The notes under the pieces: generated by a model
What the model was told of the DNA's origin: nothing
The model's input: the letters and a program-made list of their open reading frames with translations, nothing else
The model's database searches: none
Position numbers and translations under genes: made by a program
Assembly: GCF_006345805.1 (NCBI RefSeq)
Contig: NW_021824497.1
Location: forward strand, 1-18,768
DNA length: 18,768 nt
Direction of reading: 5' to 3'
Origin: Octopus sinensis
Taxonomy: Eukaryota
In this document: piece after piece, positions 10,122 to 18,768 of the stretch
Layout: every line of letters begins with the position of its first letter
How positions within the stretch are numbered: position 1 is the first letter of the stretch

Positions 10122-10514
10122 TCTTTATATATAAAAGAGAGGTTGTTTGTCTGTCTCCTACGATTTAGATTCCTAACTACTCCCACATTTTGCGGTGCAG
10201 TTTAACCAAATCCGGGTATCTTATAGTCGTGATTCATATCGAGCCATTCTGGTTATTAGCGCGCGTCTACGATGAGTCTACGATTTTTAAAAAATTACCA
10301 TCAATTTTTCCCATTTTTAATGCATTTATGACATATATAAGGGAAGTAACTCTCTAAAAATTTATTATTAAATCTCAGAACGTAAAAAGCTACAGTAACA
10401 CCCTCACCCTTTGTGGTTAGCCATATTGATATGGCTATTATACTTTACATCTCTAAAAATGCTTATATAGTTATTTCCCTTACAAACCCGAGCAACACCG
10501 GGCGATACTGCTAG
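10122..10514 (+). mobile_element. Non-autonomous Helitron, 393 bp
   Basis: 5' TC start (tctttatatataaaag) after host A at 10121; subterminal GC-rich hairpin cccg-agcaacac-cggg (10487-10502); 3' CTAG (10511-10514) followed by host T; no TSD. Confidence 0.8.
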
Positions 10515-10526
10515 TTAAAGAATATA

Positions 10527-10960
10527 TCTGTTTCTTCCATCTCGAGCCATGCCTGGCTCATAAGGGAGGGTTTCCCGTCTTCCCTGGCGTCTCGGTTGCG
10601 CACCTGGACAGGACGCCGGTCCGTCGCAGGTGAGCTGCAAGATGCAGGAGGAAAGTGAGAGAAAGTTGTGGCGAAAGAGTCATCAGAATTTTGCCATTAC
10701 CGTCTGCCGGAGGCGGGTGGAGCTTAGGTGTTTTCGCTCATAAAAAAACACATCGCCCGGTCTGAGATTCGAAACCGCGATCCCTCGACCGCGCTTCCGC
10801 TGCTCTAATCACTAGGCCATATGAATTTTGCCATTAGCTTCTGTCGGAGCCGCGTGGAGCTTAGGTGTTTTTGCTCATAAAAAACACATCGCCCTGAGAT
10901 TCGAAACCGCGATCTCTCGACTGCGAGTCCGCTGCTCTAAACACTAAGCCATATGCCTCC
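10527..10960 (-). mobile_element. SINE family F (same tRNA head as D, different 3' tail) with a tandem duplication of the 5' ~137 bp
   Basis: Minus-strand head ggaggcatatggcttagtgtttagagcagcggactcgcagtcgagagatcgcggtttcgaatc. Duplicated blocks 10686-10822 and 10823-10955 both start gaattttgccatta. Confidence 0.85.
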
Positions 10961-11239
10961 GCAGAATATATATATATATATATGTATATATATTTCTGTA
11001 TATACAATTTTCTGTGGTATGCATATGTTCCTTCTTTCTCAGTGAATACCGGGTATAGATTTTTTTCTTTTTTTTTTATTATTTCATTACTATATGCACA
11101 CTTCAACACTTTATGTCTGTCTCTAAATTGTCCGCCTCATCCTTCAACCATGTGGCAAACAAATGAAATCATTATTATCATAATTATTGTTCTTGTTGTT
11201 GTCATGATCATCCTCATCATCAGCATCATCAGTGTCGAC

Positions 11240-11252
<13 letters not shown>

Positions 11253-11297
<45 letters not shown>

Positions 11298-11371
11298 ATA
11301 GTAGTAGTGGCAGCAGCAGCAGCAGTACTACTACTACTACTACTAGTAGTCGTAGTAGTAGTAGTAGTAGT
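11253..11371. repeat. (AGT)n with embedded (GCA)n and an inverted (ACT)6
   Basis: Direct reading. Confidence 0.95.
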
Positions 11372-11426
11372 AACAACCATAGTTACTATTCAAAGTAACA
11401 GCTATATCTGACATATTATTAGACAG

Positions 11427-11427
<1 letters not shown>

Positions 11428-11493
<66 letters not shown>

Positions 11494-11615
11494 CATCATA
11501 TCATTATTATTATCATTATTATTTTTTTATTATTATATTTATTCTTATTATTATATTTTATTACTATTATCATCATCATTATCATCATCATCATCATCAT
11601 CATTATTATTATTAC

Positions 11616-11663
<48 letters not shown>

Positions 11664-11693
11664 CATCACCATCATCATCATCATCACCATTAC

Positions 11694-11727
<34 letters not shown>

Positions 11728-11844
11728 ATTATTATCATCATCATCATCATTATTTTTATTGTTGTCGTTGTTGTCATTAATATTATTATCATCATCGTCA
11801 TCATCATCATCGTCATCATTATTATTATTATCATCATCATTATT

Positions 11845-11894
<50 letters not shown>

Positions 11895-12008
11895 TATTAT
11901 TAATATTATTATTATTATTATTATTATCATCATCGTTATCATCATGATCAGCATCGTTATCATCATCAGCATCATCATTATTATTATCATTATTATTATT
12001 ATTATTAC
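11428..12008. repeat. ~580-bp compound (ATT)n/(ATC)n trinucleotide tract
   Basis: Direct reading; source of the false poly-I/M ORF 11496..11990. Confidence 0.95.
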
Positions 12009-12199
12009 TATTTACATTATGGATTTATTACGTGTTTCCATCCATTTTTGGTGCATCTTCACATATTAAATTAAACCCGCCACCGGTAATATAATTCTAG
12101 GTTAAACTACCGGCAGTTATTTTTAACGATCATACTCTGTCGAACACCCGTATCGTATAGACAAGATATTCAAACACCTCTTTGTATGTGCATGTAATG

Positions 12200-12356
12200 T
12201 ATACCCCAAACACGTACATATACACGCATGCATATATATGCATACATGCTTAGTTTCAAACACCCACTCACGCATGCATTCATATGCTTATATGTTCGTA
12301 CGCATATACGCACTCAAATACACACAGACAGGTAGACACTCATACATACATGTATA

Positions 12357-12396
<40 letters not shown>

Positions 12397-13185
12397 GATA
12401 TAAGCATATATACATATATCACTTTAAATGTGTATGTATGTGTATATAAGTTTATGTATAATCATTATAATTATAGAGATAGATAGATGTATGTATATAT
12501 ATATGTGTGTGTGTGTGTATACACAGACACACATATGTATATGAATGTTTGTGTGTATGTGTCTGCACATATATATGTATATGTCCATGAATGCGCATAC
12601 ATATTTGTATATATGTATGCATACATATATATACGTATATATGTATGTATACATATATATATGTATGTATGCATACATATATATATGCATACATATATAT
12701 ACGCATATATATGTATATATATATACGTATATATATATATATATCTGCGTGTGCGTGCGTATGTATATATATATATACATATATATTTATAAGTATATTA
12801 TTTTATATATATACATATATACAAACATACATACATATATATTCATACATATGTGTGTGAGTGTGTATGATTATATTTATATATGTGTATGATTTTTAGA
12901 TAAAATATATGTGTGTACAAGAGCATATTTATAAATACAGACTCCCACATACCACCTACAAATATATACACTCCCGCACACATGCACACACACGCACACA
13001 CATAGAATTTTATACGCATATATGCACACCTATCTATTTAGCCACGCTTCCATTCATCACACAAACGTACACACAAACGTACATACGTCAATTCATACAC
13101 ATACAAACACATTCTTACACATACATACTTACATATATACACACACACATAGATACACACACATATATATGCATACACACTCATA
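12200..13185. repeat. Cryptic AT/GT/AC dinucleotide low-complexity region
   Basis: Direct reading. Confidence 0.9.
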
Positions 13186-13392
13186 TAAAATTACATGGAT
13201 TAAAGTGTGATATTAATCTGATAAAATGTAACACGAACGAGGCTCGAGATCACATGACATTAAGAAATATTTAAAAATAGACAAACGTCTATTTCATTTG
13301 AAACGGTTATGTCTGTCTACTTCTGTCAGATTTCATAGTCTATATATACACTTTTCTATTTGTCTATTTGTACAGGCACGTCTTTGTCTGTC

Positions 13393-13434
<42 letters not shown>

Positions 13435-13910
13435 GTGTGTGTGTGTGTGTTGTGTGTGTGTATGTATATACCGAGAGAAAGACAAAGACTCTCTATATAT
13501 TTTTATACACAAATTTTTAAGTTTCATACACTAATTTTTAACACCTATATAGGTACGTGTCTGTGTGTGTGTGTGTGTGTGTGTAATTATATATGATTGT
13601 GAGTGTGCGTAATTATGTATCTATGTGACGTTGAATGGACACATACATTTAATACGTTTTAGTACGTGTAAACGTACTAAGTAATGAATGTTATGTAATG
13701 TATATATATATATATATATATATATGCACATACGGATATGTGCGTATATGTATAAGTATGCATGCCTCCATGTATGTATACATCGATACATACTTACATA
13801 CATATGTCTGTACATGTGTATGCGAGTAGGTGCATATATATATATATACTTTATTTAAAGTAGCAGAAAATTCAACATATGCGTGTATATATATATATAT
13901 ATATATATAT

Positions 13911-14104
13911 ATTGGGAGAGTTTACGAAAAAAACAAAAGACGAAGATAGGTGGTGTAGAAAACAAAAAGATGTATTAGTATAACGCTGGGAATTGAAAAA
14001 GTCTTTTACATTTCGAGACTACGCTCTTCTTCAGAAAAGAGTAAGAGAAAATAAACAAGGAGAGAAAAAAAATGTGTGTAGTGGCTACCAATCTATCATG
14101 GCGA
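13911..14104 (-). mobile_element. Probable Penelope-like element (PLE) terminal-repeat fragment
   Basis: Bounded by microsatellites and carries the hammerhead-type motif typical of PLE pseudo-LTRs. It resembles an octopus repeat I recall; not verified by search. Confidence 0.55.
14003..14039 (-). ncRNA. Minimal type-I hammerhead ribozyme motif, probably partly decayed
   Basis: Minus strand reads ctttt-CTGAAGA-A-gag(cgtagt)ctc-GAAA-tg-TA-aaag: core boxes CUGANGA and GAAA, 3-bp stem II, loopless stem III, GUA cleavage triplet, 4-bp stem I. Confidence 0.55.
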
Positions 14105-14118
14105 TACACACACACACG

Positions 14119-14151
<33 letters not shown>

Positions 14152-14153
<2 letters not shown>

Positions 14154-14747
14154 GAGTGTCTGTGTGATAAGTAGCTTGCTTAGAGAAGGAGAGGGTCGGC
14201 GGGGGCTTTCTGTCTTCTCCCATCTTTATCATTTTTGTATCATAATCATTCGCCTCATCAGTGTATATGTCCAGCCCGCTAAGCTACCTTATCTATGTGC
14301 TTCCTACATGGAAAATTTAATGAATAAAAGTAACTTGCTTACCAACCACATGATTCCTGGTTCTGCCCCACCTTGGCAGTGGCAAGTTGGGCAAGTGTCT
14401 TCTACTATATGCTCGAGCCAACCAAAGCTTTATGGTTAAATTTGGTAGACGGAATCTGAAAAAAGCCCGTCGTATAAATATATACATATGTGTGTACGTG
14501 TATGTATGTGTGTGTTTGTGTGTGTTTGTGTATGTTTATGTGTCTGTTCTTAACCCCACCACTATTGCTTGACAACCGATATATTGTGTTTACGTCCCCG
14601 TAATGTAGCGGTTCGCCCTAAGAAACCGATAGAATGAGTACTAGGATTACAAAGAATAAGTTCTGGGGGTCAATTTGTTCCGCTAAAGGTGCTGCTGCAG
14701 CATGACCGCAGGTAAATGACTGAAACAAATAAAAGAATAAAAGAATA
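14152..14747 (+). mobile_element. Composite SINE A/B, full length, head interrupted by a 145-bp insertion
   Basis: Head aggagtgtctgtgtgataagtagcttgctta resumes as ccaaccacatgattcctggttc after the insert; AT/GT spacer ~14475-14550; tail B ~14565-14747 ending aaaagaataaaagaata. Confidence 0.9.
14183..14327. mobile_element. Unidentified 145-bp insertion with a 14-bp TSD
   Basis: Flanked by aagtagcttgctta (14169-14182) and aagtaacttgctta (14328-14341); removing it restores a contiguous SINE A head. Confidence 0.85.
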
Positions 14748-14789
14748 TAGACAGATAGATATATAGATATACACACATACACACACATA

Positions 14790-14790
14790 C

Positions 14791-14875
<85 letters not shown>
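14790..14875. repeat. (AT)n-(GT)n compound microsatellite
   Basis: Direct reading. Confidence 0.95.
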
Positions 14876-14877
<2 letters not shown>

Positions 14878-15277
14878 AATGCATGTGTATGTATATATAT
14901 GCGTCTATGCCTGTATGTGTATTAGGTGCACACATATGCACACGCATACATACATATATGAATACAAATATACATATAAACATACATGCATGTGTGCGTA
15001 CATCCATCCATCCATAAATTCATACATACATACATGCCAGTATATATTTATATGTTATCATTAGCGCTGGTACATGTTTAGTATCGTGTGACCAAAGACT
15101 TCGATGATTCGCTTATGTGGAAGATTTCAAAGAAAAAGAGTTGAAGTACCGACACAGATAGGATGGGCGGTAGGTGCAATGGGAGACAGGTAGGTAGGTA
15201 GGTGCAGGGTAGATAGCTCCGTTGACACGTTGTTAGAATGCTACGTGTGTAGGTGTAGGCAGGAAAACAAACATGTA

Positions 15278-15300
15278 TCTTCTTCTTCTTCTTCTTCTTC

Positions 15301-15396
<96 letters not shown>
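15278..15396. repeat. Compound trinucleotide repeat (TTC)n-(TTA)n-(GTA)n
   Basis: Direct reading; three near-perfect abutting blocks. Confidence 0.95.
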
Positions 15397-15674
15397 TTCT
15401 CCTTCTTATCCTTCTCTGCCATGAATTCACAACGTCCTCGAACCCACAAGAATATACAAGAGAGTCAGAGACTGGCAGAAACAAGGGGAATGCTTCTTGT
15501 ATTTGAATACTATCCAAATATTCTTTTAAAAAACTTTACATTTAACTTTTCCAAAATTTAATTCTTTTCCATACTTCCGGTTGAAAAAGTCTCAATGACT
15601 GAAACCGTACTAAAATGTGTTTTTTTATGATAAAATTTATTTTAGCACTTTTTATCTTGACCTTTTAGTTATAT

Positions 15675-15708
<34 letters not shown>

Positions 15709-15717
15709 ATATATATA

Positions 15718-15772
15718 ACAAAGAATAAGTCCTGGGGTCGATTTGAATGAAACAAATAAAAGAGTAAAAGAT
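15718..15772 (+). mobile_element. 3' remnant of SINE tail B with internal deletion
   Basis: acaaagaataagtcctggggtcgattt is joined directly to gaaacaaataaaagagtaaaaga. Confidence 0.7.
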
Positions 15773-15796
15773 ATATAATATATATATTATATATAT

Positions 15797-15972
15797 ACGA
15801 CGGGTTTCTTTCAATTATCGTCTAGCAAATCCATTAACAAGGCTTCGATCTGGCGACGAGGATTCGATCTGGCGACAAGGCTTCGATCTGACTATGGTAG
15901 AAGACAGCTGCCCCAGTTGCCACTCAACGGACCTGAACCTTACACCATATAGTTTTAAAACAAGCTTTTTAT
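15797..15972 (-). mobile_element. SINE A head with an internal 19-bp triplication
   Basis: acgacgggtttctttca...tcgtctagcaaatcc...ctatggtagaagacagctgccc matches the reverse complement of head A; repeat units at 15837, 15856 and 15875. Confidence 0.75.
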
Positions 15973-16523
15973 AATCCAGACAACACCACCTTTCAATCAA
16001 CGTCCATTTTGTAAAAGCATTTTATCTTGGAAAATATAAGACTACATCTTTGTTACAAGGATTTTTAACGGTTATCGTATTTTATTTCCAGAGAAAATAC
16101 ATTTTCCTTGAAGTCGATGGCTATAGATTCAAGTTCTCCAGTGATTTATTCCCAGGCAATTCACAGAGTCAAATGGTTGAGCTTCGTTTATGTCACTTTA
16201 TCTATAAAACACTTATATCTCGAATAGTATGTAGCTAGCTGCTAGCTCCGTGAAGCTGACTGAGATGATTTGATCGTCGCCACCGCAGTGAATGGCCTGA
16301 AAATGGTCAGCAACATCTAAGAGGTATAAGTGTGTAGAAATAAAAATAAAAGTGAAAATAAAAATATAGAAAAAAAGTATAGGAATAAAACGAAATAATA
16401 AAACAATATATTTTCATTAGCAGACATTTTGCAGTAATATTTATCGGAGCGTCATGACCCGCACACACATACACATATACACTCACTCACACACATACAC
16501 ACACGCACACACATTTATATGTA

Positions 16524-16524
16524 T

Positions 16525-16573
<49 letters not shown>

Positions 16574-16589
16574 CATACCTACACACACA

Positions 16590-16628
<39 letters not shown>

Positions 16629-16720
16629 CATATATATATATATGTATATATATATGTATGTATATATGTGTATATTATATATATATATATATATACATAC
16701 ATACCTGGGTATATACACAC
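16524..16720. repeat. (AGAT)n, (CA)n and (AT)n microsatellites
   Basis: Direct reading. Confidence 0.95.
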
Positions 16721-16939
16721 ACCAACTGAAAACGATGATTATATATATTCGTAAAATAATGGCGTAATATCGCAGCAGGAAGAAGACGTAGTGATGATGA
16801 CGTGAGCCTGTAAGAGTAAGAGACATAATTTTAGTAGGGGGTGAGGGGAGATGGAGGTGGAGGTGGTGGTGGTGGTGGTGAAGGGGTAAATTGAGGGGAA
16901 TTGGAAATAGTTTGATACAAGGGAAAAAAATGTGTGTAA

Positions 16940-17308
16940 AGAATGAAGAGCTTAAGAGAGACATAAATAGAGTGCCAGAGAGATACGCAGAGAGAGCGAA
17001 CCAGAGAAAGATAGACAGATAACAACAGAGAGAGAAAGAGCCAGAGAGAGAAAGAGAGAGACAGAGAGCCAGAGAGAGAAAGAGAGAGATAGACAGTGAT
17101 ACAGAGAGAGAGAGAGAGAGGGCCAGCCAGAGAGAGAGAGAGAGTACGAGAGTGACAGAGAGACAGATACAGGCAGAGACAGAGAGCCAGAGAGAGATAG
17201 AGTTATTATTAAAAAGAAGATAGAGGGAATGTAAACCTTTCGGAATGAGATAGATAGATAGATACAAATATAGATAGATATAGATAGACAGACAGATAGA
17301 TATATTGA

Positions 17309-17374
<66 letters not shown>

Positions 17375-18019
17375 GGGAGCGAGAGAGATTTGAAGATGGT
17401 TTCAGATAAAAGGAGTGATAATGGATGAGAGTAAGGGGAAGGAGAGCAGAGACAGAGAGAGTGTTTTGAGAAAAAGAGAGTAAAGAAGGACTGTTTGAGA
17501 GGAAGTTATTGAGAGATAGCAAGAGTTTGAACCAGAAACAAATATAGAGAGAGAAATGAATAAGTTGTCGATTAAGAGAGTGATAGGGAAAGAAGAAAAA
17601 AATGGGTTTCATAATGGCGAGTAGAGAACGGCATTTGAGAATATGAGGTTGTACCTATAGGGGCGGCGGAAGGGTGAAAAACACTGACAGAGAGAGAATC
17701 GGAAATGGAGACCGTTTGAAAGAATGGTTTAGAGGTAGAGAGGTTTCTAGAGAGAGAGAGAGAGAGAGAGAGGTTGTGAGAGGGAGAGTTTGTGAGAGGG
17801 AAAGAGAAGAAAATTGAGAGAGGTTAAGAAGTGAATGCAGTACGTGCAAGCGTGTGTTTTTGTATTTTAGTGATTTTAACACAGGGAGGAGGAGGAGAGA
17901 AGATGTGTATGGAAGAGAAAAAAAAAAGGAAGACGAAGAGAGGAGTGAGGGAGAGAGGGGCGAGGGAGAGAGGAGGATGTGGAGATAGAAAGAGAGAATG
18001 TCAGAGAGAGAAGGTGAAG

Positions 18020-18051
<32 letters not shown>

Positions 18052-18060
18052 TAGATAAAC
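16940..18060. repeat. Long purine-rich (GA/CAGA/GATA) low-complexity region
   Basis: Direct reading; the 365-aa ORF 16515..17612 is its L/S-rich antisense translation. Confidence 0.9.
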
Positions 18061-18198
18061 AGTTTCATATATATATATATACATATATATATAGAGAGAA
18101 AATAGTAAAAAGTGAAAAAAAACTACAGAAGGCTTGTTTTTAAAAGGTTAAAAAATATATATTTGAGTCAATGTGTCTGAAGAATGTTATAATTTTTT

Positions 18199-18256
<58 letters not shown>

Positions 18257-18768
18257 ATGTGTGTGTGTGTGTGGTGTGTATATATATTATATAAATTTAT
18301 ATATGAGGATAATATCGATATTTAAGTGTCGAAATTATCAAGTGGCCAGCATGAAAGAAATACCTTACAAAGGTAAAAAATTTTTAACTATTAAAAATGA
18401 GGGTGTCTAAAAGACACCAACATGCCGAAATAGCAGTCGAAACACTGACTATAGTACCACGTTAAATGTTCATATCGCACCATGAGGTAAAGCGGAGGGA
18501 CAAAACATACAGGAAGAAAAGCAGAGAATGTGTGAGTGCGTATATATATATATAGGTGAGTGTTTTAGCAGAGAAGGAAAGAGAAGAAGAAAATAGAGTG
18601 GTTTAGAGAAAGAGAAAGAGAATACTAGTTTGAGAAAAATGGCGGCGCAGAGAAAGTGAAGTTAAAGACGATAAGGCTGTGAGGAAGAGCGCAGATGTAC
18701 GCTATATCTTAGAGACATGAAGATATGCAGAGATTCTGATAGATAGATAGATTGAAAGCATGGTTTAT

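Noticed and set aside
11137-11990. Poly-S/T/L/I/M ORFs
   Set aside because: Trinucleotide microsatellites stay open by construction.
12083-12113. Imperfect hairpin ccggtaatataa-ttctagg-ttaaactaccgg
   Set aside because: 10 of 12 pairs, mostly AT; there is no associated element end, so chance is likely.
13845-13880. Short segment tactttatttaaagtagcagaaaattcaac resembling a remembered octopus repeat terminus
   Set aside because: Too short, with no second copy in the window to support it.
16050-16238. Plus-strand ORF with an acceptor-like ttttatttccag at 16091
   Set aside because: No convincing donor and no recognisable protein; it conflicts with the minus-strand candidate and neither is supported without RNA data.
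16515-17612. 365-aa ORF, the longest in the window
   Set aside because: Antisense translation of GA, CAGA and GATA repeats; low complexity with no domain.

Overview
AT-rich eukaryotic intronic or intergenic DNA dominated by microsatellites and retroposons. The SINE families match those I recall from Octopus genomes; this organism call comes from memory, not a search. No intact protein-coding gene is recognisable, and nearly all ORFs in the supplied track are microsatellite translation artefacts. The window contains: (i) a decayed non-LTR retrotransposon RT fragment at the left edge; (ii) at least four tRNA-derived SINE families (working labels A/B, C, D/F, E), several with clear target-site duplications (TSDs) and nested insertions; (iii) two 4-unit tandem arrays of SINE C built by different junction rules, one enclosed by a perfect 14-bp TSD; (iv) a 393-bp non-autonomous Helitron with canonical termini; (v) a Penelope-like terminal-repeat fragment carrying a minimal hammerhead-ribozyme motif on the minus strand; (vi) a degenerate ~33-bp minisatellite and a weak candidate minus-strand terminal exon. 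Repeat boundaries were read by eye and may be off by a few bases unless a TSD defines them.
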